NCBI GenBank assembly: GCA_963557965.1
Contig: CAUWEX010000001.1
Location: 38,811-102,810, forward strand
DNA: 64,000 bases
Source: an uncultured Clostridia bacterium
GTDB lineage: Bacteria > Bacillota > Clostridia > TANB77 > CAG-508
Direction: 5' to 3'
Under the pieces are notes generated by a model. It worked only from the letters and a program-made list of their open reading frames with translations, was not told the origin of the DNA and searched no databases. The translations under genes and the position numbers were made by a program. Positions 1 to 10,708 of this stretch are shown in pieces (position 1 is the first letter of the stretch; every line of letters begins with the position of its first letter).

Positions 1-278
1 CTTTCAACTTGCCCACTTTGCACAAAATGGCTTGCTACTTCTAATAATTCTTCTTGTTTTTCTACGTCTATTGCTGTAAAACTTCCTCCAAAAAAAGCTA
101 TCTCTATTCGTACATTTTCACTGTCTATACTCTCTAGGTAATTTTCTATTATTTCTTTTGCCTTTTCCTTAGTCATATTACTTTTTTGCCCACTTATAGA
201 TTTTTGATTACAAAATATGCAATCATTTGGACATCCTAGATGTGGTACAAATATTGGTATAATATATTGTTTTTTCAT
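1..278 (-). CDS. Radical SAM protein, N-terminal part (runs off window edge)
   Basis: Not in ORF track. Manual translation from ATG at 278: MKKQYIIPIFVPHLGCPNDCIFCNQKSISGQ...FFGGSFTAID, with CxxxCxxC motif. Confidence 0.8.
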   Translation of the reverse strand, partial: MKKQYIIPIFVPHLGCPNDCIFCNQKSISGQKSNMTKEKAKEIIENYLESIDSENVRIEIAFFGGSFTAIDVEKQEELLEVASHFVQSGQVE

Positions 279-293
279 AGATTACCTCTTTCT

Positions 294-965
294 TTATAAA
301 TTTTCTAATGCCTTTTTTGCAGCTTTCATTTGTGCCTCTTTTTTACTTTTTCCTTCCCCCTTGGCTAAAAATTTGCCATCACATTCTACCTTTGCTTCAA
401 ATATTTTGTCGTGGTCTGGCCCCTTTTCATTTGTTATAGTATATTTTATATTAACATCGCCATGAATTTGTAGCTTTTCTTGTAAAACAGTTTTATAGTC
501 TTTATCTCCCACATGTTTTGTGGCTTCTTCTATTGCAGATTTTAAATTTTCCACTATAAATTTTTCTGCTTCTTCTAAACCTCCATCTTGGTATATCGCA
601 GCAATTACAGCTTCTACACTATCAGCTAAAATTGCAGGTCTTTGCTTTCCTCCTGTTTTTATTTCTGATTTACCAAGATATAAGAAATCACTAAAATTAT
701 GCATTTTTGCTATTTTATGTAGGCTTTTTTCGCACACTACTGTTGCTCTAACTTTAGTCATTTCTCCTTCTTTTAATTTTGGATAATTATTATATATATA
801 CTTACTTGATAAAAATTCTAATATGCTATCACCTAAAAATTCTAACTTTTCGTTACTGCTTATTCCGTGTTCATATGCATATGAAGTATGTGTTAATGCA
901 TTTTTAAGTAGATACTTATTTTTAAATTCATATCCTATACTTTTTTCTAATATTTTCAAATTCAA
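294..965 (-). CDS. rnc: Ribonuclease III
   Basis: NEKLEFLGDSIL signature and C-terminal dsRBD. Likely TTG start at 965 after AAGGTG RBS (track ORF extends to 989). Confidence 0.95.
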   Translation of the reverse strand: MNLKILEKSIGYEFKNKYLLKNALTHTSYAYEHGISSNEKLEFLGDSILEFLSSKYIYNNYPKLKEGEMTKVRATVVCEKSLHKIAKMHNFSDFLYLGKSEIKTGGKQRPAILADSVEAVIAAIYQDGGLEEAEKFIVENLKSAIEEATKHVGDKDYKTVLQEKLQIHGDVNIKYTITNEKGPDHDKIFEAKVECDGKFLAKGEGKSKKEAQMKAAKKALENL

Positions 966-1141
966 ACTTTCACCTTCTTTCCACAACAATATTATATACT
1001 ATTTTACAGATTTTGCAAGCAAAAGAGGCATAATTACAGTTTTTTTATTTTATTTGTCATATTCCATAAAATTGCTAGTTTTTTCTAGTGTTTTTTTGTC
1101 AAAATATGTAGACATTAATTCTTTGTTATTATATAATAATT

Positions 1142-2602
1142 GTGTATAAATTTATAAGGAGAGATTATAAATCTATGTTAGACGATAAAAATTCTTTTAA
1201 CTACGAAAATAGAAATTTATCAGAAGTTTTTAGGGAGTTACAAGAAATAAAAAATAACCCAAATGTTCAACAAGCTTATTCTAAACAAGCAAAGAAAAAT
1301 AAAAAAGCCACTAATAGAACACGAAATTTGAATAAAATCAAATCTAGCCCTGGTGCTCTACTTTCTATGTTTGACAGTAAAAAGGATTCTAATAGAATAT
1401 CAAAATCTAATGATTTGTCTTTGGCACAAATTGTTACTGGTTGTGGAATTTTGATTGTTTCAATGGCTTTATTATTCCCAAAAGATTTATCTTTTAAAGA
1501 AAGTTATGCAAAATCAGACACAGAATCAGTTGCTTCTTATGAAGTTAACCGTCATAGGCTAAATATGCAAAGCATTATTTCTGAAAATGCTGGTATGGAT
1601 AGAGTAAAAGAGCAAGTTGTTGAAGATAGAGATGTTGAATTTGAAACTACATATAATGATAATGCAACTTTGCCTAAAGGTGAAGAAATTGTTAAGCAAG
1701 ACGGTATCCTTGGAAAGGACAAGGTTACTGCTGTTAAAACATATGAAAACGGAAACTTTGTTGAAGAAATTATTCTAGCAAAAGAAAATGTCTTAGCACC
1801 TACTGCCAAAATCATAGACCGAGGTACATCTGAATTTCTAGCCAAGCATAAAGTACATATTGGCGACAAAATGTATTTTGTTAATTCTTCAAAATTAAAA
1901 GAAAAAACAGAAGATGCATCTCCAGACATTGCTGAAGTTAAAAAAAGTATAGATGTCAAATTGCTAGAACTTCCTAGTGAAGACTGGGCTAAAGTATCTT
2001 TTGATGGAGTAGAAGGTTATATTAAAACTGCTAATTTAACATCAGCTTATACTACACCAAGTATTGTAGAAAAAAATAGAATTCAAAGAATTTTACTAAA
2101 AGTAAATATCGGTATGCAATTAAATAAGACAAGTGATTTAACATTAAATGATTATAAGAAAATATTTACAGGATTATCTAATGATAAAAATAAAATTTTC
2201 CAAGACAATTATCAAGTATTTTATAACATGGAAAAGAAATATAATATAAATGGTATTTTCTTAGCATCTATGGCAATTCATGAAAGTGCTTGGGGAACTT
2301 CACAAATATCTCAAGATAAGAAAAATTTATTCGGCTATGGTTCCTATGATAGTACTCCATATGAATCATCATTTGAATTTGATACATATGCTGAAGGAAT
2401 TGAAACTGTAGCAAAATCATTAGTTAAATATTATTTAAATCCAGCTGGAACTAAAATTTACGATGGTGAAAAAGCTGCTGGTTGGTATTTCAATGGACCA
2501 ACTTTAGAAGGTGTAAATGTTCGTTACGCTAGTGATAAAGACTGGCACACTAAAGTGTTTAATTATATGCAAATGCTATATAATAGATTAGATAATACAT
2601 AA
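1142..2602 (+). CDS. Membrane-anchored cell-wall hydrolase (G5-like, SH3-like and glucosaminidase domains)
   Basis: One TM segment, G5-like region, WAKVSFDGVEGYI SH3-like motif, AIHESAWGTS...KKNLFGYG...YASDKDW glucosaminidase motifs. Confidence 0.7.
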   Translation: MYKFIRRDYKSMLDDKNSFNYENRNLSEVFRELQEIKNNPNVQQAYSKQAKKNKKATNRTRNLNKIKSSPGALLSMFDSKKDSNRISKSNDLSLAQIVTGCGILIVSMALLFPKDLSFKESYAKSDTESVASYEVNRHRLNMQSIISENAGMDRVKEQVVEDRDVEFETTYNDNATLPKGEEIVKQDGILGKDKVTAVKTYENGNFVEEIILAKENVLAPTAKIIDRGTSEFLAKHKVHIGDKMYFVNSSKLKEKTEDASPDIAEVKKSIDVKLLELPSEDWAKVSFDGVEGYIKTANLTSAYTTPSIVEKNRIQRILLKVNIGMQLNKTSDLTLNDYKKIFTGLSNDKNKIFQDNYQVFYNMEKKYNINGIFLASMAIHESAWGTSQISQDKKNLFGYGSYDSTPYESSFEFDTYAEGIETVAKSLVKYYLNPAGTKIYDGEKAAGWYFNGPTLEGVNVRYASDKDWHTKVFNYMQMLYNRLDNT

Positions 2603-2639
2603 GCTGCGAACTCACACATTTGGGAAGGAAAGATTTTAA

Positions 2640-3476
2640 ATGAAAGATTTTAAATTTAAAATAAAGAACGTAAAACTAGCTTTTACAATTTTAATAATTG
2701 TAGCTATGGTTATATTAATACTTTATTATGTTTTTGTTTTCTCTTCTATGATTGCAAAGAATAATTTTGCAAATCAGATGATTGAAATATCTGAAGAGAA
2801 TGAAAAACCTATTTTTGGAATACAAAAAATCTTATTGTATAGTAGTGCTAATGCTGTTGATAATTCTGATAATCAGTCTTTGAGCAATATGTCATTATCA
2901 CAATTTTCTGATATATCAATTTATATTGATAACAGTTTAGCCTCTAGTGAAATAAACGATGAAAACACTGTTAAAGAATTATATATCGATAATATTTCTA
3001 TGACAACAAAAGCTGAAAATGGAAATAAACTTTTAAATTATAAAAATCCATTACATTTCGGAGAATATCAAGAAATTAAACAGTCTTTAAATAACCGAAT
3101 AGATTTTAAGATTATTAATACAAATGAAGAAAATGAAAGTAATAATTATGATGACCCCACATTTTTTGCTGACTGTTCAAACCCAATATCTTTAGGTTAT
3201 TTGAATAAGGATTTACTTACAAATTATTCTATTTCAGATACATCCAAAACAATTTCGTTTAATGGTAAAGTTTTAAAAGAAGCTAATGTAAATTTAGAAA
3301 ATATTAATTATGATTTAAATTTTACTATTCACATTATAAATAATGCAAATGAAAAATTTGCATGCAATATGAAGCTCGGAGTTAACTTAGATGGCATTTA
3401 TGACGGATATTCGTATAAAGGAAAAACAACTGAAGGAACAGAATATGAATTTTTTAAAGAAATAAATAATATATAG
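2640..3476 (+). CDS. Hypothetical protein with N-terminal membrane anchor
   Basis: 278-aa ORF with GGAAGG RBS and hydrophobic N-terminus; no recognised motif. Confidence 0.6.
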   Translation: MKDFKFKIKNVKLAFTILIIVAMVILILYYVFVFSSMIAKNNFANQMIEISEENEKPIFGIQKILLYSSANAVDNSDNQSLSNMSLSQFSDISIYIDNSLASSEINDENTVKELYIDNISMTTKAENGNKLLNYKNPLHFGEYQEIKQSLNNRIDFKIINTNEENESNNYDDPTFFADCSNPISLGYLNKDLLTNYSISDTSKTISFNGKVLKEANVNLENINYDLNFTIHIINNANEKFACNMKLGVNLDGIYDGYSYKGKTTEGTEYEFFKEINNI

Positions 3477-3533
3477 AAAAAAAAGGTAGCTAAAATTTTT
3501 AGTTACCTCTTTTATTTTGTACTCATTTTTTGT

Positions 3534-5585
3534 TTATTCTTCACATTTTTCTATTGTTGTCTTTTTAACTTTATTTTTTCTTCTTTTGATATATTGAATT
3601 CCAAGTTCCAATGCGATAAATACTATTAGTATTCCCCCAAGTATAGCAACATTATGTAATATCATTCCAGTATCTATACTAATAGTCGCTTCTTTAATTA
3701 ATCTAATACTATAATTCATTGGCATATATGCATATATACTTCTGAAGAAGCTTGGAACTGTTTCTATTGGGAATGTTCCACCACTTGCTGCTAATTGTAA
3801 AACTAATAACAATATACATAAAAATTTTCCTACATCGCCAAAGTTTTCAATTAAAAATAATATTATACTTGTAAATGTCATTGATATCAACATGCAGGTT
3901 CCATAATACAATGCCATATTAGTTACAGAATAACCCAATCCTAGTTTTAATAAAAATCCTAGTATAACCCCTTGAGCAGCTGCAATCAACATATATAGCG
4001 CTGTTCTTAAATATGGATTTTTTGCATTTTTGCCCATTAACTTAAATCTATTTTCAGGATCATTATATAGCATAACTAATGCAATTAAGCCTCCAACCCA
4101 TAATGATATTGACATGAAATAAGGTGCAAATCCTAATCCATAGGATGTTACTTTTCCATAATCTACTTCTTCTACTTTTACTGGTTCTTTTACATATGTA
4201 TCTAATCCGTCTAATTTTTCTAATTGTGTATTAGTATCTGTAATTCCATTTTCTATTTCATTTTTAAAAGTGTTTGTTCCATCTGTTAATGTAGTGCTTC
4301 CTGTATATGCTTCACTTGCTCCACTGTTTAATTGATTTATTCCATCTTTCACTTGTTTTGAGCTACTACTTAATGTTGTTAACCCTGTTTGTAACGTATT
4401 GCTTCCTTCTTTGGCTGTGCTAAGCCCCTGTTTTAATTCTAACATTCCTGTATTTAAGCTTTTTATTCCTGATTGTAATTCGCTTATTTTTGATGTTTGG
4501 TTAGCTAATGTTTGTATTCCTTCGTCTAGCTTGCTAGCACCTTTTTTTAATTCTGTTCCCTTAGCTTTTAATGTTGCAAGTCCTGATAAATCAGCTGATG
4601 ATGAACTCATTTGTTTTAAATCTTTCATCACTTTTTGAAATGTTGCATCTTGCATTACTTCCGGATTTTTAGAAGCAAATGCTTGCAAATCTGTTGCTAA
4701 AGTCTTTACTTGAGTAGTTGTTGTATTTACTGTAGTACTTACAGTTGATATTGCTTGATTTACGCCTGTTACATATGCGTTTACTCCTGAATTTAATTCA
4801 TTTGCTCCATTCTTAAGTTGACTTACTCCGCTTCCTAGTTTTGATAAATCTTTTGTACTATCTACCAATTTACTTGTGCCTGCATATAATTTATCAGCTC
4901 CATTTTGTAATGCTGTAAGTCCGCTGTTTAAGTCTTTTCCACCTTTTGCAGCACTATCTACTCCAGCATCAAATTGATTGTAGCTTGATTCTAGTGTTTT
5001 TGTTCCATTTTGTAATTGTTGTAAGCCATTGTTTAATTTGTTTGCTCCTGCATTTAGTTCAATTGCACCATTTGCTATTTCTTGCATTTTTGTTGGAACG
5101 CTTCTTAATTCATCTGATAATGTTGCTACTACCTTTTGTGAAACTTCTGCTTTTACTTCTTTTTCCACTGCATTTACTACTTGGTTTATCATTTGAGATG
5201 CTAAATAATTATCCTTTTGATTTGGTGAATATGTTATTGTAGAAATTTGCCTATCTTTATTTTCTGCATTATTTAATGTTTTTGTAAAATCTTTTGGTAT
5301 AGTTATTGTAGCATAATAATCTTGAGCCACTAATCCTTTTTGTGCTTCATCTGCATTGTTTATTTCTTGTATCGACATTACATCTTTATCTTTTAGCGTT
5401 TGAACCAGCTTACTTCCTATGTTTTCGCTTTCATCTCCTTCGTCCAAATTCACAACTGCTATTTTCATATCTTGTAAATTGCCATATGGATCCCAAAATG
5501 CTTTTAAATAAAAAAAGCTATACATTACGGGTATTACAATAATAGCAATAATTATAATCCATTTCATCACTTTTTTCCTGTCCAT
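3534..5585 (-). CDS. YhgE/Pip family membrane protein
   Basis: AFWDPYG...IAVVNLDEG N-terminus, coiled-coil repeats (GAxxLxxG), C-terminal TM bundle with LQLAASGGTFPIE. Confidence 0.88.
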   Translation of the reverse strand: MDRKKVMKWIIIIAIIVIPVMYSFFYLKAFWDPYGNLQDMKIAVVNLDEGDESENIGSKLVQTLKDKDVMSIQEINNADEAQKGLVAQDYYATITIPKDFTKTLNNAENKDRQISTITYSPNQKDNYLASQMINQVVNAVEKEVKAEVSQKVVATLSDELRSVPTKMQEIANGAIELNAGANKLNNGLQQLQNGTKTLESSYNQFDAGVDSAAKGGKDLNSGLTALQNGADKLYAGTSKLVDSTKDLSKLGSGVSQLKNGANELNSGVNAYVTGVNQAISTVSTTVNTTTTQVKTLATDLQAFASKNPEVMQDATFQKVMKDLKQMSSSSADLSGLATLKAKGTELKKGASKLDEGIQTLANQTSKISELQSGIKSLNTGMLELKQGLSTAKEGSNTLQTGLTTLSSSSKQVKDGINQLNSGASEAYTGSTTLTDGTNTFKNEIENGITDTNTQLEKLDGLDTYVKEPVKVEEVDYGKVTSYGLGFAPYFMSISLWVGGLIALVMLYNDPENRFKLMGKNAKNPYLRTALYMLIAAAQGVILGFLLKLGLGYSVTNMALYYGTCMLISMTFTSIILFLIENFGDVGKFLCILLLVLQLAASGGTFPIETVPSFFRSIYAYMPMNYSIRLIKEATISIDTGMILHNVAILGGILIVFIALELGIQYIKRRKNKVKKTTIEKCEE

Positions 5586-5839
5586 ATTTAGACCTCCTTT
5601 ATATATTTCACTTATTTATTATAAGAAGATTTTAAATTTTTGCAACAACATTTTTTCTACTTGTGTAGGATATTATACATTTTTTTGAAATTGTATATAC
5701 ATTTGTATATTATCTTTACATGTGTATAAAAATGATTTATAATTTATAGTAAATAGTTTAATAAAAGGTATAAGGTTGAAAAATGAATTATATTTCCTTT
5801 TTAACTAGATTTGTACCTAAAAAAGGAGTAATAGAAAAA

Positions 5840-6403
5840 ATGAAAGATTTAAGAGTTCAAAGAACGTATATTTTATTAAAAAATGCATTATTTAATTTAC
5901 TAGCCAAAAAACCATTTGAAGAAATCAAAGTTAATGATATTTGTAATGATGCTATGATTCATAGAACTACTTTTTACCACCATTTTCAAGATAAATATGA
6001 GCTGCTAGAATTTTGTATCCATGATCTCGAACAAGAATTAATAGAAAAAATTCATAAAGATAGTTATACTACTACACGCGAGTTTTATACTAATTTGATA
6101 ACCAGCTTATTAGAATACATTTCTGAAAAAAAGACAGTCTTTAAGAATGTTTTAAAACACAATTCTGAAAATTCCCTTACCGAAGTTTTTATGAATACTT
6201 GTGTACATCATATTACTTTTATATTGGAAAAGGAAGAAAATCAAGGTATTAATCATAATTTAGATGTTCATGTAATGTCTCACTTTTATGCAGGTGGTCT
6301 CATCTCCACTTTAATATGGTGGATAAGCTCTAATAGTAATTTATCAGAAAATGAAATTTGTAATTCTATTGTTAAACTTATTTTCGATTCGCCTCATTCA
6401 TAA
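5840..6403 (+). CDS. TetR/AcrR family regulator, divergent from pip
   Basis: DLRVQRT...IKVNDICNDAMIHRTTFYHHFQDKYELL HTH; ATG at 5840 after AGGAG. Confidence 0.88.
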   Translation: MKDLRVQRTYILLKNALFNLLAKKPFEEIKVNDICNDAMIHRTTFYHHFQDKYELLEFCIHDLEQELIEKIHKDSYTTTREFYTNLITSLLEYISEKKTVFKNVLKHNSENSLTEVFMNTCVHHITFILEKEENQGINHNLDVHVMSHFYAGGLISTLIWWISSNSNLSENEICNSIVKLIFDSPHS

Positions 6404-6560
6404 ATAGAATAAATCGGAAAGCCATTAAATTAGCATAATTTTATCTTTCTCTTAGGCTTTCCGTTAATTTGTTCGTGTGCCAATTTTACGTTAGTAAAAT
6501 TGTGTACAATAAGGTTTTATATATTAGGAAAAGTCCCCCAGTATAACTGGGGGATAATCA

Positions 6561-7565
6561 TTATTCAATATTTTCTGTACATTCTCGTTTTTGATATTTC
6601 TTTTTAATGTTGTTAAGCATTGTTTGAAAATCTACTTTGCTTACTGCCACAGCAAGTAAGCATCCTACTATAATTAATATAACTCTTGTTTCAATTGCTG
6701 TTGTTGGATCAAACACTACCATAGATGCACTTAACGCACTTACAGTAATAAAGATCATTTTATGCTTGTAACTTTCTATAAATGTATAAATGTAACTTAG
6801 TGCAATACTTGCCAAGCCTTCATATTTTTCTGGAATTAATACTTGGAATAATAGCACAAATGCTATAACTCCAATTATTGTATAAATTATTCTATGTTTA
6901 AATCTCTCTTTCGTTGCTTCTTCTTCTAATTGAGTTAATGACATTACTGATATTGATATCCACATTGTTCTTTGAACACCAATTAGCGTTCCTATCAATA
7001 TTGCAATACTTACTCCTAACGCCATTTTAAGTGATATTATAAATCTTGGTGAAGTGATATCTATACTCTTGATATGCTCTTTCATTGTTTTAAATTCTTC
7101 TTCTATCTTTCTATGCCTAAAATAGTACACACACGCTGTAATAATTCCACCTAGCGCTAAGCTTATCATCCTTACATAAAAGTCATGCCCTACAGCTACA
7201 TTTGACTGGTCAAATATATATATCAATATTAATGGTATATATGCTTTATATTCTGGTTTTGCTGATAGTATATATGTAATACTAAATATTGATATTAAGT
7301 TTATAAATATTCCGATAAATGGATTAAATTCTGCAATTCTATTGGCTATTCCTGAAAAAATAAACAATAAAAAAATCACGAGTGGAGCTTGTTTTTTATT
7401 TATACCTATATTTAAGTCCCAATATAGCATCACAGCAACAATCGTTCCTACCCACGTTAGAGAATTGTTTGAACCGAAAATTGCTGAGCATAAACTAACT
7501 GCAACAATAATACATGCTATCATAAACAAATTTTTAAAAATTGTTTTTACATTAATTTTTTTCAT
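6561..7565 (-). CDS. FUSC-like integral membrane protein
   Basis: Multiple TM helices, WISISVMSLTQ...RFKHRIIYTIIG pattern. Confidence 0.6.
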   Translation of the reverse strand: MKKINVKTIFKNLFMIACIIVAVSLCSAIFGSNNSLTWVGTIVAVMLYWDLNIGINKKQAPLVIFLLFIFSGIANRIAEFNPFIGIFINLISIFSITYILSAKPEYKAYIPLILIYIFDQSNVAVGHDFYVRMISLALGGIITACVYYFRHRKIEEEFKTMKEHIKSIDITSPRFIISLKMALGVSIAILIGTLIGVQRTMWISISVMSLTQLEEEATKERFKHRIIYTIIGVIAFVLLFQVLIPEKYEGLASIALSYIYTFIESYKHKMIFITVSALSASMVVFDPTTAIETRVILIIVGCLLAVAVSKVDFQTMLNNIKKKYQKRECTENIE

Positions 7566-7683
7566 TTCTTCCTCCTTTTGTTAAATTCCTTTTTAATCTA
7601 CAAAAGGTAATTTTAACAAAAAAGAAGATAAAAATCAAGTATTAGTTCGTGGTTGTAGCAAATATGATGTGTATTATAATCGT

Positions 7684-8136
7684 TTACTTTTCATTTTTAG
7701 ACATATTTAATATCATTTGAACATGTGGTATTCCATCTTCTAAAAATTCATCAGATACAACTTTAAATCCAAATTTTTCATACATACTTTTTGCATATGT
7801 TTGTGCTTCTATTTTTATTTTATCTGCGTTCAGCTTCTCTCTTGCTACGTTTATTCCTTCTTTTAAAAGAATATTAGCATATCCTTTTCCTCGTTCCGTA
7901 GTAAGCACTCTTCCTATTGAAACTTCATCAAATGAGACTCCCGCTTCTAACACTCTTAAATATGCTTTTACTTCTCCTCCTTCTTGTATATAGACATGGT
8001 ATGCATGTTTGTCTCTGTCATCTACTTCAGGATATGGGCACTTTTGTTCTACTACAAAAACATTAACTCTAATTTTTAACAACTCATACAACTCATCTAT
8101 ACTTAGCTCTTCAAATTTTTTTATTACTATATTCAT
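7684..8136 (-). CDS. GNAT acetyltransferase, ElaA-like
   Basis: LYELLKIRVNVFVVEQKCPYPEVD, IGRV, RGKGYA, FLEDGIPHVQM. Confidence 0.88.
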   Translation of the reverse strand: MNIVIKKFEELSIDELYELLKIRVNVFVVEQKCPYPEVDDRDKHAYHVYIQEGGEVKAYLRVLEAGVSFDEVSIGRVLTTERGKGYANILLKEGINVAREKLNADKIKIEAQTYAKSMYEKFGFKVVSDEFLEDGIPHVQMILNMSKNEK

Positions 8137-8298
8137 ACTATACTTCCTTTCCTAAAAAACTGTTATATAAAAATTGTTTTTTCTTCTATAATTTTATCAC
8201 ATCTTTTACTTAAATAAAATCTATTTCTTATATATCGCCTAAATTCGAATAACTTTTTTCTTTCCTTCTCAAAATCATTATAAAATCTCTCATAATAC

Positions 8299-8327
8299 TT
8301 GACAATATATCTGATTTTTGGTATCAT
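8299..8327 (+). promoter_or_regulatory. Sigma-A promoter of tRNA-Gly/Cys
   Basis: TTGACA-17 bp-TATCAT. Confidence 0.75.
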
Positions 8328-8370
8328 TTTAAGTGCTCAAGCATATTATATAAAAGAAAAGCAAACAAAT

Positions 8371-8444
8371 GCAGGTATAGTTTAATGGTAAAATAAAACC
8401 TTGCCAAGGTTTAGTTGCGGGTTCGATTCCCACTACCTGCTCCA
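8371..8444 (+). tRNA. tRNA-Gly (GCC)
   Basis: Cloverleaf: acceptor GCAGGTA/TACCTGC, anticodon arm AAACC-TTGCCAA-GGTTT, TTCGATT loop, T73-CCA. T-stem has a C.A mismatch. Confidence 0.92.
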
Positions 8445-8460
8445 ACAAAATTTAGTATTC

Positions 8461-8534
8461 GGCGACATAGCCAAGTGGTAAGGCACAGGTCTGCAAAATC
8501 TCGATCCCCGGTTCGAATCCGGGTGTCGCCTCCA
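8461..8534 (+). tRNA. tRNA-Cys (GCA)
   Basis: GGCGACA/TGTCGCC acceptor, CTGCAAA loop, TTCGAAT, CCA end. Confidence 0.92.
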
Positions 8535-8559
8535 TAAAACAAAAGAAGTAGTATAAAAT

Positions 8560-10605
8560 CTACTTCTTTTGTTTCTTAATTCCTTTTTTACTTTGCTTTT
8601 CCTCTTGGCTATCTTCTTTTGGTTTCCACTCTTCTCCTGGTTTTGGTTTATTCCAAGATATAAAATCACATGTTTTAGGATTGTTTTCACATATATAATA
8701 ATTTCTATTTCTCTTGGTTTTTCTTACCTGTACTACTCCTCCACATTTTGGACATGGCACATCTATTGTTTGAACAATTGCTTTGGTATTCTTACATTCA
8801 GGATATCCTGGGCATGCTAAAAATTTTCCAAATCGTCCATATTTATAAACCATCATTCTTCCACATTTATCACATGGAATATCTGATACTTCGTCTTCGA
8901 TTTTAACATGTTCAAGATTTTCTTCTGCCTTGTCTAACTCTTTTTTGAATGGTCCATAAAATTCTCTAATCATTTTTTTCCATTGCTCATTTCCTTCTGC
9001 TATTTCGTCAAATTGATGCTCTATATGTGCTGTGAATTCCACATTGATTATATCTTTAAAATTTTCTATAAGCAATTTATTTACAACTTTTCCAAGTTCA
9101 GTTGGAACTAATTGTTTTTGTTGTTTTTCTATATATCTTCTTTCTAAAATTGTTGTAATTGTAGGAGCATATGTACTAGGTCTCCCTATTCCCTTTTCTT
9201 CTAAAGCTTTTACTAAACTTGCTTCTGTATATCTTGCTGGTGGTTCTGTAAAACTTTGTTTTGGATTTATTTTTATTTTCTTTACTTCTTGATTTTCTTC
9301 TAAGTTTGGTAACATTCCTGCTTCTTGCTCTTCAGTATCTGTTCCCTCTACATATAATGTCATAAATCCTTTAAATTTAATACTTTGACCATTAGCTTTA
9401 AATGTATAATCATTAGCATCTATTGTAACTGCCATAGTGTTATAAATTGCTGAAGCCATTTGACTTGCCATAAATCTGTTATAAATTAATTTGTATAATT
9501 TATATTGATCATTTGTAAGTGATTCTTTTATTCTATCAGGTTCTAAGTCTGCATATGTTGGTCTTATAGCTTCGTGAGCATCTTGAGAATCTTTTTTACT
9601 TTTATAATATCTGTTCTCATAATATTGCTCTCCATATGTTTTTACTATATGTTCTTTTGCAGCTTGTCTTGCTACTTCTGATATTCTCGTTGAATCAGTC
9701 CTCATATAAGTTATTAATCCAACAGAACCTTTTTCTGGTATTTTTACTCCTTCATATAAAGTTTGAGCAACAGACATTGTTTTCTTTAAAGTAAAACCTA
9801 ATTTTCTTGAAGCTTCTTGTTGCATTGTACTTGTAGTAAATGGTGGAGCTGCATTTCTTTTCTTTTCTCCTCTTTTTACTTCTTTCACAATATATTTTGC
9901 ATTTTCAATATTATTTAAAATCTCATCCACTTCTTCTTTTTTATGTATTTCTAATTTTTTACCTTTGTGTCCAAGAAATCTAGCTTCAAATTGTTTTTTA
10001 CTTGTCTCATCTTCTAAATTTGCATAGATATTCCAATATTCTTCGGGAATAAATTTTTCTATTTCTTCTTCTCTATCGACTATCAACTTTACTGCCACTG
10101 ATTGCACACGTCCTGCTGATAATCCTCTTTTTACTTTTTTCCATAGTAGTGGACTGATTTGATATCCCACAATTCTATCTAGTACACGTCTTGCTTGTTG
10201 AGCATCTACTACATTTATATCCACAGTTCTTGGTTCTTTTATTGCTTGTTGCACTGCCCCTTTTGTTATTTCGTTAAATGTTACTCTAACTATTTTATCA
10301 TTTTCATCTTTTAAAATATGTTCTAAATGCCATGCAATTGCTTCTCCTTCACGGTCAGGGTCAGTTGCTAAGTATATTTTTTTAGCTTGTTTTGCATCTT
10401 TTTTTAGTGATTTTATTAAATCTCCTTTGCCACGTATATTTATATATTCTGGCTCAAAATCGTTTTCTATATCTACACCCAACTTTGATTTTGGTAAGTC
10501 TCTTATATGTCCCATTGATGCTACAACCTTTGTACTACCACCTAAAAATTTCTTAATCGTATTCGCTTTAGCTGGTGATTCTACGATTATCAATTTGTCT
10601 GCCAT
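8560..10605 (-). CDS. topA: DNA topoisomerase I
   Basis: LIIVESPAKA, ATDPDREGE, SAGRVQS, ITYMRTDS, C-terminal Zn ribbons. Confidence 0.97.
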   Translation of the reverse strand: MADKLIIVESPAKANTIKKFLGGSTKVVASMGHIRDLPKSKLGVDIENDFEPEYINIRGKGDLIKSLKKDAKQAKKIYLATDPDREGEAIAWHLEHILKDENDKIVRVTFNEITKGAVQQAIKEPRTVDINVVDAQQARRVLDRIVGYQISPLLWKKVKRGLSAGRVQSVAVKLIVDREEEIEKFIPEEYWNIYANLEDETSKKQFEARFLGHKGKKLEIHKKEEVDEILNNIENAKYIVKEVKRGEKKRNAAPPFTTSTMQQEASRKLGFTLKKTMSVAQTLYEGVKIPEKGSVGLITYMRTDSTRISEVARQAAKEHIVKTYGEQYYENRYYKSKKDSQDAHEAIRPTYADLEPDRIKESLTNDQYKLYKLIYNRFMASQMASAIYNTMAVTIDANDYTFKANGQSIKFKGFMTLYVEGTDTEEQEAGMLPNLEENQEVKKIKINPKQSFTEPPARYTEASLVKALEEKGIGRPSTYAPTITTILERRYIEKQQKQLVPTELGKVVNKLLIENFKDIINVEFTAHIEHQFDEIAEGNEQWKKMIREFYGPFKKELDKAEENLEHVKIEDEVSDIPCDKCGRMMVYKYGRFGKFLACPGYPECKNTKAIVQTIDVPCPKCGGVVQVRKTKRNRNYYICENNPKTCDFISWNKPKPGEEWKPKEDSQEEKQSKKGIKKQKK

Positions 10606-10708
10606 ATATTCCTCCTAAATTCTCCTTTTATTCACTATAACTTATTCTAGCTTATATTTTAGTATTTTGCAAGTTTTTTCTTTTTATTTGTACTGTTTCA
10701 ATATTTTT

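Noticed and set aside
4300-5100. Repetitive sequence in pip
   Set aside because: Normal coiled-coil repeats of the YhgE/Pip family.
8461-8534. C.C mismatch at the top of the tRNA-Cys anticodon stem
   Set aside because: Mismatches at 27:43 are tolerated; no link to any recoding signal.
8433-8690. 85-aa minus-strand ORF; also 43490..43792
   Set aside because: Antisense shadows of tRNA genes.
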